Shown: in pieces, positions 12,085 through 23,886 of the stretch
How the letters are laid out: the number at the start of each line of letters is the position of its first letter
Numbering within the stretch: position 1 is the first letter of the stretch
From: Chiloscyllium plagiosum
Taxonomy: Eukaryota
DNA length: 58,244 nucleotides
Reading direction: 5' to 3'
Assembly: GCF_004010195.1 (NCBI RefSeq)
Contig: NC_057718.1
Location: 102,840,077 to 102,898,320 of the forward strand
Made by a program: the position numbers and the translations under genes
The notes under the pieces: model-generated
Told to the model about the DNA's origin: nothing
Seen by the model: the letters and a program-made list of their open reading frames with translations, nothing else
Database searches by the model: none

Positions 12085-12790
12085 TTTCATGGGATGTGCA
12101 TATCGCTGGCTGGGCCAGTACTCATTGCCCACCACCAACTACCTTCGCGAAGGTGGTGGTGAGCTGTCTTCAGTCCATGTCTGTAGCAACGCCCCCATAA
12201 TGTTGTTCAGGAGGAGTTTCCAGGATGTTGACCCAGCAACACTGAAGGAATAGTGATACATTTCCAAAGTTAGGCAAAGAATGGTGATATATTTCCAAGT
12301 CTAGATGGAGGGGAACTTGCTGAGTGTGGCGTTCCCACCTATCTGCTGCTATTGTCCTTATAAATGGGAAACACCATGGGTTTTGAAGGTGCTATCTCTC
12401 AAGAATTCCTAGGATTAGTGAATCTCTGCTGTGCATCTTGTAGTTGGTACACACTGCTACCTCTGAGCGTTGGTGATGGAGGGAGTGGATGTTTGTGGAT
12501 GTGGAGCCAATCAAATGGGCTGCTTTGTCCTGGATGGTGTCAGCTTCTTGAGTGTTGTTGGAGTTGCACCCATCCAGGCAAGTGGGGAGCATTCCATCAC
12601 ATTCCTGACTTATGCCTTCTGGATGATGGGCAGGCTTTGGGGAGTCAGGAGTGAGTTCCAAACATTTTTTGGCTAGTCCAAAGCAGTTTCTCATCGATTG
12701 TAACCTCTGGGATATTAATCTATGGACCCTGCAATTACAATGCCATTACATATCAAGGATTAGGAATTAGGATTCGCCTTTCCTCATCAC
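12085..12790 (-). mobile_element. CR1-group LINE 3' fragment, family D
   Basis: ORF 12392-12694 DTIQDKAAHLIGSTSTNIHSLHHQRSEVAVCTNYKMH; matches 21130-21690. Confidence 0.8.
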
Positions 12791-13745
12791 AAGCGGTTCA
12801 GGTTTCTATGCACTATTAAGCCCGCTGTCAATTTCTGGGTAAATTCTGACTCCTTAATGCCCTGAGGATGTTAACTAAATAGGAAGCATGTACAAGTCAC
12901 AATCAAATTGGTCTTTTGCATGCAATGATTTTTCTTCTATGACAATGAATTGACAAAATATTTCTTTGTTCCTATCTTACAGAAATTTGCAAGCAAACAC
13001 CTTGGAATTACAAAGGGGTGATGTTTCAGTTAAAATATCAATATTGCATTACACTGGAATGAAAGTATCGATACCAAGATTTCAATCATATTGCTACTGC
13101 ACTTGCAAGAATCAATGAACTTTTTAAACAACTTCTAAAAAAATTATATTTCCACAAAATCCTATTTCCCCAAGAGCCTAAGGTATTAATGTTTCCCTGA
13201 ATAAACAATCAGCTCATTAGCAAATTTACAGTGAATTATAGACAAAACAATTTGTTTCTGTTCGCATTAGCACATGAAAATCAAGCTAAAACTGAAACAG
13301 GCTGCAGGGACAACAGCCCATCGCAGCGGAAAACTAGGCCTTGAATCAGATTTGAGGCCCCACAAGGGTCTTCCACTGCTCGGAACATCTCCCCTCCGAT
13401 TACGTTGGAGGTGGAAAGGGACCCAGTGAGAGAGACTATGCCCCTTGGGGCTGGGTGCTGTCAACACAATATTTATTGAGTGAATTGGTACTGGTTGTTC
13501 CTGAGTTCACTGGGATCTGGTATGGGTCAGAGTTGGTATGAGAGTGGCATGTGCTTTGGAAACTGCCCAGGAAACCCTATGCTCTCTCTAATGACCTTAT
13601 GTAGTAGTGAGAAGGTTCGGGGTGTCCAACATGGAAAGGCACCTAGTACCCAATCAAGAAAGCTGACGCTGGGGTGTGAGCACTTCCAATATAATTGGCC
13701 CCTTCCTCCCTCTATCCCACCCTCCCTCACCTTTGCCTTGATCTT

Positions 13746-14108
13746 GTGGGTGGCACGGTGGCTCAGCAGTTAGCACTGTGCCTCACAGCACTAGTGACGT
13801 GGGTTCAGTTCCACCCTCAGGTGACTGTCTATGTGGACTTTGCACATTCTCCCCGTGTCTGTGTGGCCTTCTTCTGGGTGCTTTGATTCCCTCCCACAGC
13901 CCAAAGATATGCAGGTTTGGGTGGACTGGTCATGGAAAAATGCCCATAGTGTTCAGGGATGTGTAGGTTAGGTGGATCAGCCATGGGAAATGCAGGGTTA
14001 CAGGGATAGAGTGGGAGGGGTTGTGTCTGGGTGGGATGCTGTTCGGAGATTCTGTGTAGACTCGATGGACTGAATGGCCTCTTTCCACACTGTAGGTATT
14101 CTATGACT
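13746..14108 (+). mobile_element. HE1-type SINE
   Basis: gggtggcacggtggctcagcagttagcactg...cctctttccacactgtagg tail. Confidence 0.9.
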
Positions 14109-14454
14109 AATCCTAGGCCTCACAGAATCAGGAATTGTGTAACGGAGAAGAAGGAGGTGCATTGTGTCTGTGCTGGTGATGTGTAGCCTTGAGAACATGC
14201 ATTGCCAGGAACTACCCATCCACACTCTGCTGCAGTGCTGACACCAATGAAGAACCAGTGAGATTTCGACCTCCTCCCCAGGGCCCTCAATCTTGCAGAA
14301 GGCCCAGCACTGGGAAGGTAAAGGCTGGCTGGGCACTCAATTCCACCAGGCCTTGCCCAAAGATCTGATGGGAGGTCCCATGTTGTTCTTCGACTCAATG
14401 GATGAGATCCCTCCCCATAGGCTCCATTATGTCCCAGCCTATCCATCGATGCAT

Positions 14455-14548
14455 ATAGAGTCATAGAGTCTTGGGCAGAGAAACGGACCCTTTGGTCCAA
14501 CCAGTCCGTGCCGAACATAATCCCAAATTAAACTAGTCCCACCTGCCT
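14455..14548 (-). mobile_element. HER1-type CR1 extreme 3' fragment
   Basis: atagagtcatagagtc tail plus gaaacggaccctttggtccaac. Confidence 0.75.
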
Positions 14549-15294
14549 GTAACCTGTTTGACTATTCAGTTGGAATCTCAAGGGAACTACTTTCATTCAG
14601 TCAGGTTATTCTGCATTTTTTCTTAGCTCTTACTTTCTGGAAGCAATCTAATCATTATTTATTACCTTCTCCCTGTTAAAACCCTGAAACTGGCCATTCC
14701 AATGAATCCAAAATCAGTGCAGTTCCCATTCAAATTCTTGGACTCAATCTTCTTTTTGTAAAGGAGGTGACTGCAGGTTATGGAGGCTTTGGGGAAACGT
14801 CAAAAAGTATTGACTGAAGTGATACATGGATGGAGAAGATTTGCCATTAATTACATCTGTACTGGCTAGGACACGTTTCTCTAGAACAGAAATCACTGAG
14901 CAGGGACTTAACAGAAGCCTTTAAAATGGTAAAGGCATTTGATCAGGTCAACCCCAGGTAGATGTCTCCACTTGTAGGAAATTCAAAAAGTAGGAGCTTT
15001 TTAAATATAATAGTCCCAAAAAAAAACAATTCACTCAGGAATTCAGAAAGCGGTGAGAATGTGGGACTTGCTACCAAAGGGAACAGTCGAGCTCATTAGC
15101 ACAGACACATTCAGAGAATGTAGGTGAACACATGAGGAAGTAAAGAGTCAAAAGTTAGTTTCCATTTGTCTTGAACATAATTGGGAAGGTTAACATTTTT
15201 TGCCCAGCTCTAATTGCTCTGGTTACCTTGCTGTGGGGGTCAGAGTCAGCCACATCACTGTGGGACTGGAGTCACACAGAGCCGGGTCCGCAGG

Positions 15295-15400
15295 GGCAAC
15301 TGGACCTCCCAGTCTCTGCCCATTTTAATTCCCCTTCCCACTCCCTTTCTTACATGATTATCCTTGGCCTCCTCCATTGCCACAGTGAATCAGACCTAGC
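15295..15400 (+). mobile_element. Penelope-like GIY-YIG C-terminal fragment
   Basis: DLPVSAHFNSPSHSLSYMIILGLLHCHSE, equivalent to the end of the element at 18378-18500. Confidence 0.6.
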
Positions 15401-16264
15401 CTAGTTTAAATTGGGACACAGCAGATCTCCTAACAGAATTCAAATATTGAAGCGGCATTCAAAACTCTGTTTTCTGGATTGAGGTGTGACCAATGAAGAA
15501 AAAGAAAGGTTTTGCTTAACAATTGGGCAAGAAGATCTACATAGATGTATCAGATCAAGATTGACAGCTGACGTGCTAACAGACCTATGAAAGATATAGA
15601 CCAGATTAGAAAACTAATTCAGAGGCAGATTAAACTCTTGTAGTTATCGAGTAAAATTATACTACTTAGAGAGAAGCATACAAAATCCATAGATTGTTTC
15701 TGAGCAGATACAGAGAAAAATGCTCTTTATGTGACTTTTCAGATAAGGAAAACTGGAAAATTGTTCAGTTGGTGATCACATCCATCCCATGAAAACTTCC
15801 CAGACAGATTTCCTTACTTAAACTAGGAACTTAAAGTGTCAATGAGCTACTGAAGGATGGAATTAAATATGAATTGATCCTTGCTGGTTGACAAAGCTTG
15901 CAGGTTCTGAGAATGAACTCAGCAGTTGACTCAATCACTACAACACCGAAACATAACAAGATATGAATAAGGTCCTGTCTTCTGCATGCACCAAGGAGAG
16001 GCCAAGCTTTCAAACAATTCTGTAAGGTGTGTTGCAGAAGAGGTGATTGGCAGAGGCAGTACACTCGATCAAAGACTAATACCGCAATATAGAGCCTTGT
16101 TCCAACCCAAACTAACTATATTTACAAGGAGTCTTCCAGCGACAACAAAGATCACTTGGCATCCCAATTGGGATGGGGGATGGTACGTATGAGTGAGTTA
16201 ACAAACTAGAATCTGATGAAATACACAATGAAACAAAGAGTAGTGAACACACATTTCATACTGT

Positions 16265-17216
16265 CAGTCATACAGTCATAGAGTTGGTCAGCATGGAAAC
16301 AGACCCTTCACTCCAACTTGTCCATGCTAATTTACCATGCTAATTTAGATATGCTAATTTACCAGCATTTGGCCCATTTCCCTCTAAACCCTTCCTATTC
16401 ATGTCCCCATCCAGATGCCTTTTAAATGCTGTATTGTACCAGCCTCCACTATTTCCTCTGGCAGCTCATTCCATGCACGCACTACCCTCTGTGTGAAAAC
16501 GTTGCCCCCCTTAGGTCCCATTTAAATCTTTTCCATCTAACCTTAAACCCTCTAATTTGGGACTCCCCCACCACAGAGGAAAGACCTTGTCTATTTACCC
16601 TATTCATTCTCCTCATGATTTTATAAACCTCAATAAGGTCACCCTTCAGCCTCTGACACCACAGGGAGAACAGCCCCAGCCTATTCAGCCTCTCCCTATA
16701 GCTCAAACCCTCCAACTCTGGCAACGTCCTTATAAATCTTTTCTGAACCCTTTCAGGTTTCACAACATTCTTCCTGTAGCAGGAATACAATATTTCAAAA
16801 GTGGTCTCACCAATGTCCTGTACAGTTGCAACATGACCTCCCAGCTCCTATACTCAATGCACTGATCAATAAAGACACAGTGGCACAGTGGTTAGCACTG
16901 CTGCCTCACAGTGCTAGAGACCTGGGTTCAATTCCCGCCTCAGGCGACTGACTGTGTGGAGTTTGCACATTCTCCCCATGTCTGCATGGGTTTCCTCTGG
17001 GTGCTCTGGTTTCCTCCCACAGTCCAAAAATGTGCAGGTTAGGTGAATTGGCCATGCTAAAATTGCCTGTAGTGTTAGGTGAATGGGTAAATGTAAGAGA
17101 ATACATCTGGGTGGGTTGCAGGTCGGTGTGGGCTGAAGGGCCTGTTTACACTCAGTAAGTAATCTAATCTAATATACCAAATACCTTCTTCACTATCCGA
17201 TCTACCTGGGACTCCA
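16265..17216 (-). mobile_element. HER1-type CR1 3' fragment split by an HE1 SINE
   Basis: ORF 16482-16790 ERVQKRFIRTLPELEGLSYRERLNRLGLFSL; CR1 sequence resumes at 17173 (tataccaaataccttcttcactatcc). Confidence 0.9.
16875..17172 (+). mobile_element. HE1-type SINE
   Basis: cacagtggcacagtggttagcactgctgcctcacag...ggttcaattcc...(aatct)n. Confidence 0.92.
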
Positions 17217-18171
17217 GGTCTAATGGAAAACATCAATGTCACAAAAGTGTTTGTGAAAATTCAACTGATTTGTCTTCAGAAAACTGTTGACTATGCATTA
17301 TTGGCTAAGGTAGACACAGGACCAAATGTCAACATACTTATCCCATGAATTAAGAAGAAACATAGCGACAGACATGGGGAGCCATGGTCAAACATTTAAC
17401 GTAAAGCTTTCAGCATATAATACATCACCAATTCCATGTGTAAGATCAATAGTGCTGGAGTGTAAGTATATTGATTTGCCTTGATATCTCAGACATTGTA
17501 TATTCTAAACGCCGGTAGATAAACAATTGATCATACAACAGCATGTTTCGTGACCCTGCATTAGTTACAAACTATGAAGTTAGTCAAACAGAATTGAAAC
17601 TGCAGCAGACTATTCAAGAAACACTTGTGGACCTCAATATGAAAGATGACAGGCCAACTTCACTTTCTTCTGAATGAGTGGAGCTAAAATCTCAGCTCTC
17701 TGATATAGAGAGAAATAAAAAAATCAAGAAGAAAGGGTGATCAAGCAGTGCAATATAAATTCAAACTTGAGAATGCACTTTCTGAGGTGATGAAGTGATT
17801 AGTGTACAAAGATGATTGAAAAGGCATATACAAGATTTGTATCAATAACCCAATGAAATAATTGACAGTTTACTGGAAGTGTTGGAGCATTGCACAAATA
17901 GAACAGATCAGGGTCAACAGGTGCAGCCACAGAATCATCAGGGAAAGTGCAAAGACAGGTGGAGGTGCACAGCACTCACAACAAGGAACTGAGAAGCACT
18001 CAGGAGAAAATGTCTTCATCAATAAATGCTAGCAATGAAAGCACCCAAGCAGGTCTGAAAGGAAACCAAACAAGCATTGAAACAGCAAATGGAAGTGATT
18101 CAAAGGCATCAAAAAAAAACCAAAAAAGAAAAGAAAATGTTGGAGAGGCTGGACAGTTATCAGAACAGATT

Positions 18172-18990
18172 AGGAGAAAGTGAGGACTGCAGATGCTGGA
18201 GATCAGAGCTGAAAAATGTATTGCTGGAAAAGCACAGCAGGTCAGGCAGCATCCAAGGAGCAGGAGAGTCGACATTTCGGGCATAAGCCCTTCTTCAGGA
18301 ATGAGGAAGGTGTGCCAAGCAGGCTAAGATAAAAGGTAGGGAGGAGGGACTTGGGGGAGGGGGGTTAAGGTAANNNNTCGTGTTGCTATGGTCTGGCGGT
18401 GGAGGAGTCCAAGGACCTGCATGTCCTTGGTGGAGTGGGAGGGGGAGTTGAAGTGTTGAGCCACGGGGTGGTTGGGTTGGTTGGTCCGGGTGTCCCAGAG
18501 GTGTTCTCTGAAATAGGCCGCCTACTTGCGGAACGTCACCCCAATATAGAGGAGGCCACATCGGGTGCAGCGAATGCAATAAATGATCTGTGTGGAGGTG
18601 CAGGTGAATTTGTGGCGGATATGGAAGGATCCCTTGGGGCCTTGGAGGGAAGTGAGGGGGGAGGTGTGGGCGCAAGTTTGCATTTCTTGCGGTTGCAGGG
18701 GAAGGTACCGGGAGTGGAGGTTGGGTTGGTGGGGGGTGTGTACCTGACGAGGGAGTCGCGGAGGGAGTGGTCTTTCCAGAATGCTAATAGGGGAAGGGAG
18801 GTGGTGGGGTCCTTGGTGGTGGCAGAAATGACGAAGGATGATAAGATGTATCTGGAGGTTGGTGCATCTCCTCCACTTCCCGCTCCTCTGCCCTTGAACC
18901 TTGCCCCTCCAATCGCCACCAGGACAGAACCCCACTGGTCCTCACCTACCACCCCACCAACCTCCAGATACATCGTATCATCCCGGCACC
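18172..18990 (-). mobile_element. Penelope-like element 3' part: Cys-rich linker, GIY-YIG endonuclease remnant and pseudo-LTR
   Basis: PGTFPCNRKKCK/TCAHTSP...FTCTSTQIIYCIRCTRCGLLYIG (ORFs 18522-18935, 18536-19051); pLTR 18172-18305; 4-N gap at 18374-18377. Confidence 0.9.
18267..18302 (-). ncRNA. Minimal hammerhead ribozyme motif (PLE-associated)
   Basis: Minus strand attc-CTGAAGA-A-GGGC-ttat-GCCC-GAA-ATGT-C-gact; stem III palindrome decayed from ACGT. Confidence 0.55.
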
Positions 18991-18999
18991 TTCCTCTGA

Positions 19000-20570
19000 T
19001 GGTAGCTACACTTGAGCCAAGGGCAGTCTGTAACAGAAACGGTATACTCATCCATGAGGTAGCAGACTAGAAGCGATGATATTTTGTGCACACAGCTGAG
19101 GGAATGGTATGGGGGAACTGCAAAACCTGTAACCTGGAACTCAATCTGTAACCCGTGGAGCCCATCTCTTTGGTAGGACTGGGAATTGAGTGTTCAGTTT
19201 TCTACCCATTGGTAATCCTGATCGTGTGAAGCCATGCTGAAAAGTGATGGATCGATAGTTTAACATGGCTGTCTAAAAGTCAGCAATTTCCGACAGAAGG
19301 GATTTGATGACTGGACCCATGCTAGGTTTCCCCATTGGATTGTGGGTGTCTTGGCAAATTGGTTACATGTTCAAATCCAGACTGGCTGCAAGCAAACTGT
19401 GATTCACTGTCTGGCACAGCCATATCAATAATCCCAGGAGTAGTGAATGTTACGTACAAAACCCTGACAAATACCTCTGTGGTGGCAATATAGAACGTTT
19501 TCACTTCAATCCTCTGAGAAATATTCTCGACAGTAATACAGTAAGATTGTCTGTCCAACATAAATAGGTCACTTTCGACTTATTCCCATGGCCTGATGGG
19601 GATGTAATGGGGATCAGTGGATCTTGCTGCTGAGGGCTGTTTTACAGTCAGTTATGAAGCCATCGCTCTCTTTTGAGATACATTGACAATAAATGAAGGA
19701 GGCGATGGCCCAGTTGTATTATGACTAGATTATCAATGTTCTGGGGACCCAGGCCTGAATCCCACCATGACATATGGTGGAACTTGAATCCAATAAAATA
19801 CCTGGAATTAAGAAACTGTTGCTGATGGTTGGGGGAAAATCCATCTGATTCACTAGTGTCCTTTAGGAAAGGAAACTGCCATCCTTACCTGGCCTGGTCC
19901 ACATGTGACTCCAGGCACGCAACAATTGGCAATTAGGGCTGGGCAATAAAATGCTGACCACCCACAACCAGTGAATGAATGAAAAAAATGCACCATAACT
20001 TGGTAACCCCTAAGGCTCTCTGCCAAAGCTTGTCTGGGATATCTCATTGGAGTGCAGCTGGAATCACCAGTCCTCCATCAAACCCCAGCCAGTCACCTAT
20101 ATCGTCAATGCTCAAAATAGGTCTTCACGGCCAATTCTTTGGTATGGCCACTGTTTAATACAATACTGACAAATACTCTGGGTCCTTCTTTAACTCCTGG
20201 TGGATTTGATTCGGCCTGTTTCGGGTTGCTGATCAGTGTACCACCACTGCCTGAGTACATCTTTCAATTTCACCAGGAAATTCCTCATCACTGATTGTAA
20301 AAGGCTGTCAATTGACATTTGGGAGAGTGCATCCGTTATCGATTGTAGCTTCCTCTGCACATATTTCACCTGACAAGCAAACCTCATAAGGAGAGTCAGA
20401 ATTTCTGTATTGTAGAGGCAACCTTGCTAATTTTCTCTTTCTAACAGGGAGACCCATGATAAATGGCTTGTCTGTTTGAGCATTCTCAGGCCAAGGGTGT
20501 AATCTGAAAATCTTTTAATTTCCGATTGGATGGTAGAAAACTTAAATATTGTCCCAATGAGACATTTTTT
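19000..20570 (-). mobile_element. Ancient Ty3/Gypsy pol fossil (RNase H then integrase)
   Basis: MRFACQVKYVQRKLQSITDALSQ (RNase H end, 20190-20387); TPGIIDMAVPDSESQF..GFEHVTNLPRHPQSNGE (integrase core, 19322-19561); PMGRKLNTQFPVLP (about 19170-19213). Confidence 0.8.
19698..19988 (+). mobile_element. tRNA-derived SINE, family B
   Basis: Head ggaggcgatggcccagttgta...gaatcccacc, body ggaaactgccatccttacctgg, tail ggcaattagggctgggcaataaaatgc..gaatgaatgaaaaa. Confidence 0.8.
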
Positions 20571-20571
20571 C

Positions 20572-20973
20572 ACACGGTACTCAGTGGTTAGCACTCTGCC
20601 TCACAGCGCCAGGGACCGGGGTTCAATTCCAGCCTTGGGCGACTATCTGTGTGGAGTTTGCATATTCTCCCCGTTTCTGCGAGTGTTTCCTCTGAAGAAG
20701 GGCCTGTGCCCGAAACGTCGAATCTCCTGTTCCCTGGATGCTGCCTGACCTGCTGTGCTGTTCCAGCAATAAAGTTTCAACTTTGATCTCCAGCATCTGC
20801 AGACCTCACTTTCTCCTCAAGGATGTGTAGGTTAGGTGCATTAGATAGGGGTAGGTATAGGATAATAGGGTAGGGGAATGGGTCTGGATTGGTTACTCTT
20901 CGGAGTGTGGACTTGTTGGGCTGAAGGGCCTGTTTCCACACTGTAGGGATTCTATGATTTTTATGATTTATGA
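20572..20973 (+). mobile_element. HE1-type SINE with a Penelope pLTR piece at about 20691-20818
   Basis: HE1 5' half to 20690 and 3' half from about 20819; the insert starts CTGAAGAAGGGCCTGTGCCCGAAACGTC. Confidence 0.85.
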
Positions 20974-21104
20974 CAGCATTGTCTTCCAACTATTCTGTTT
21001 GGTCTTCATCACATTCCCGAAGTAAAAGGGAAATTATGTAGTCTGGAATCTGTTGCTAGTGACTCAGTGTCACATTTCAATGCCTCATTGGTTTTAATGT
21101 TTTA

Positions 21105-22020
21105 AAATGCATTCTCAGGAATGTGGGCATCATTGGCTGAGCCAGAATTTATTGCCCATCCCTAGTTTCCCCTTGAGAAGGTGGGGGTGAGCTGCCTTCT
21201 TGAACATTTGCAGTCCACCTGCTGTGGATTGTTCCGCAATGCCCTGAGGAAGGGAATTCCAGGATTTTGACCCAGCGACAGTGAAGGAACAGCAATATAT
21301 TTCCAAGTCAGGATGGTGAGTGGCTTGGAGGAGAACTTGCAGGGGGTGTGGTTCCCATGTATCTGCTGCCATTGTCCTTCTAGATGGAAGTGGCCGTGGG
21401 TTTGGAAGGTGCTGTCTGAGGAGCCTTGGTGAATTTCTACAGTGCATCTTGTAGATGGTACACACTGCTGCTATTGAGAGTCAATGGTGGAGGGAGTGGA
21501 TGTGTGTGGATGTGGTGCCAATCAAGTGGGCTGCTTTGTGCTGGATGGTGTCGAGCTTCTTGAGTGTTGTTGGAGCTGCCCCCATCCAGGCAAGTGGGGA
21601 GTATTCCATCACACTCCTGAGTTGTGCTATGTGACTGATGGACAGGCTTTGGAGAGTCAGGAGGTGAGTTACTTGCTACAGGATTCTTAGTCTCTGATCT
21701 GCTCTTGTAGCTGCAGTAATTACATCACACAATCATAGATTTGTTACAGTGCAGAAAGAAGCTATTCAGCCCATCATGCTTATACTGGTCTCTGACTGAT
21801 CCGGTTCAGTTTCTGATCAATGGGAGCCCACTAGATGTTGATAGTGGGGAATTCAGTGATAGTGATGCCACTGATTGTCAGCGGGGCATGGTCAGATCCT
21901 CTCTCACTGGAGATAGTTATTGCCAGGCACTTGTGTGTGGCATGAATGTTATTTACCACTTGTCTGCTCAAACCGAACGTTTGATCATGGACTGTGTCAG
22001 TGTCTGAGGAGTGGCAAATG
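21105..22020 (-). mobile_element. CR1-group LINE 3' fragment, family D
   Basis: ORF 21130-21465 CTIYKMHCRNSPRLLRQHLPNPRPLP...SKSWNSLP; small CR1 tail fragment at about 21725-21790. Confidence 0.8.
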
Positions 22021-22104
22021 TTAATGTGTGAAACTTGTGGGGATTACTCAGGCTGTATCACTGAGGCTGCCAGTCAAATCTAATTCCAACCTGTTAGCTT
22101 CTTC

Positions 22105-22440
22105 TTATTATTCATTCATGGGACATGGGCATCACTGGCTCAACCAGCATTTATTTCCCATCCTTAATTGCCCAGAGGGCAGCTAAGAGTCAACAACACT
22201 GTTGTGGATGTGGAGTCACAAGTAGGCCATACCAGGTGAGGGATTAGAGACTCCAGCCTCCTACTTGTGGACCAAGTAAGGATAGCAGTTTCCTTCCCTA
22301 AAGGACATTAGTGAGCCAGATGGAATTTTCTGACTTTCGACAACTTTTTCATGGGCATCCTTAGACTCTTAATTCCAGATGTTTTCATCAATGGATTCAA
22401 ATTCCAACATCTGCTGTGACAGGATTCGAAATCAGTTTCT
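22105..22440 (-). mobile_element. tRNA-derived SINE, family B
   Basis: Reverse complement of the 19698-19988 pattern. Confidence 0.8.
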
Positions 22441-23186
22441 AAACGGGGTTTTCTGTTGGAACATGTTCATCGCTGTGTGGAAAGGGGTGGGCTTTGGCTG
22501 GTGATGGGAACCGGGATGAAGTGGATTGGGGTTGGGAGAGTAACATCCCAGCGGGCAATATCTTCTTGTTTCTCCACCAACCTCAACTTCTTAATAAAAA
22601 TCACTGTTTCCTTAAGAGATATTTAAGTCAAGTGCTATTCTTCCAATGTAATCTCACAATCACTATGGTAGCTGGATAAATATTTGTACATTACAGTTTC
22701 TGCAAATGTAATCCTTTTGGATAGAAAGGTAATACACAGACATGTTTTTGTTCTCAGTGTGTTTCAGTAGAATAAGGCTTTGGCATACAACACCTGCCCT
22801 GTGCAGTTCATAAAGGGTTCATTTGGATGTTCATTCTGTAGAAAATCAGATTCTTTCAACACTCAGTGTTGAAGATCTGTCATCGGTCTCACTCAAGTGC
22901 AACAAAAGCCCTTAGACATCAAAATGTTCTCTAGTCATTCCAATCGTGCATTGCAATTCATTTCATACTTGAAGCATTGTTGACCTTTTAGACAGACATA
23001 TATTATTTGCCTGCTTATCTATTATGTGATTATTTATTTAAAAATGTGCCTGGCAGTGTTTGACTTATGACAGTAAAACAACAATTACTTGAGGCAAACA
23101 TTTCTCCATTTTTAAACTTTACTATGTGGCCATATTATATTTTTATGAGGGTTTCTGTCTGTGTTTGCCAACAAAACTAAATGGGA

Positions 23187-23253
23187 TGTATATATATATA
23201 TATTATATATATGTATATCTATATATCTATGTATATATGTGTATATGTATATA
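23187..23253. repeat. (TA)n-rich microsatellite
   Basis: tatatatata with tg/tc interruptions. Confidence 0.9.
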
Positions 23254-23409
23254 AGGGGCATGCTTTAGTGCAATTGCCCCAGGTTCCAGAGCAATCAGCT
23301 TGTCTGCTTTCTGCGTTCAAAGTCTGACTGATTTAAACTGAAAGAAAATTAGAGACCTGTATTTGCTTAGCACCTTACCACATCTCCAGAAATACAAACA
23401 GCAAAGCAC

Positions 23410-23886
23410 ATCATAGCAGCTCGGAAACAGACTCCTCAGTCCAACTCATCCATCCCGACCAGATATTCTAAATTAATCTAGTCCCATTTACCAACATTTG
23501 GCCCCTATCCATCTAAACTCTTCCAGATGTCTTTTAGTATTATATTTGTACCAGCCTCCATCATTTCCTCCGGCAACGCATTCAGGCATTCTGCGTGGAA
23601 ACAGTTGCCTCTTAGGTCCCTTTTAAATCTTTCCCCTCTCACCTTAAACCTATGGCCTCTAGTTCTGGACTCCCTTACCCCAGGGAAAAGACCTTGTCTA
23701 TTTATCCTATCCAGGCCTCTCATGATTTTATAAACCTCTATAAGGTCACCCCTCAGCCTCCGACACTCCAGGGAAAGCAGCCTGAGCCTATTCAGCCTCT
23801 CCCTGTAACTCAAACTCTCCAACCCTGGCAACATCCTTGTAAATCTCTTCTGAACTCTTTTAAGTTTCACAATATCCTTCCGATAG
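23410..23886 (-). mobile_element. HER1-type CR1 3' fragment
   Basis: YRKDIVKLKRVQKRFTRMLPGLESLSYRERLNRL...RGDLIEVYKIMRG...RTRGHRFKV. Confidence 0.92.

Larger units (their letters stand above)
15410..17600 (+). mobile_element. Ancient Ty3/Gypsy gag-protease fossil, interrupted by a CR1 and an HE1
   Basis: Manual translation: FLSRYREKCSLCDFSDKENWKIVQLVITSIP (about 15697-15790), decayed zinc knuckle HAPRRGQAFKQFCKVCCRRGDW (about 15985-16050), protease LLAKVDTGPNVNIL (about 17298-17339) and KLSAYNTSPIPC (about 17404). Confidence 0.7.

Noticed and set aside
12960..13021. Strong-looking acceptor tttctttgttcctatcttacAG followed by KFASKHLGITKG*
   Set aside because: No supporting context; such tracts are common by chance in AT-rich DNA
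17947..18183. Lys/Ser-rich 78-aa ORF
   Set aside because: Low-complexity A-rich sequence next to the Gypsy fossil that runs into the Penelope pLTR; no domain
18399..19070. 223-aa Gly/Val-rich plus-strand ORF
   Set aside because: Antisense shadow of the Penelope GIY-YIG region plus its inverted segment
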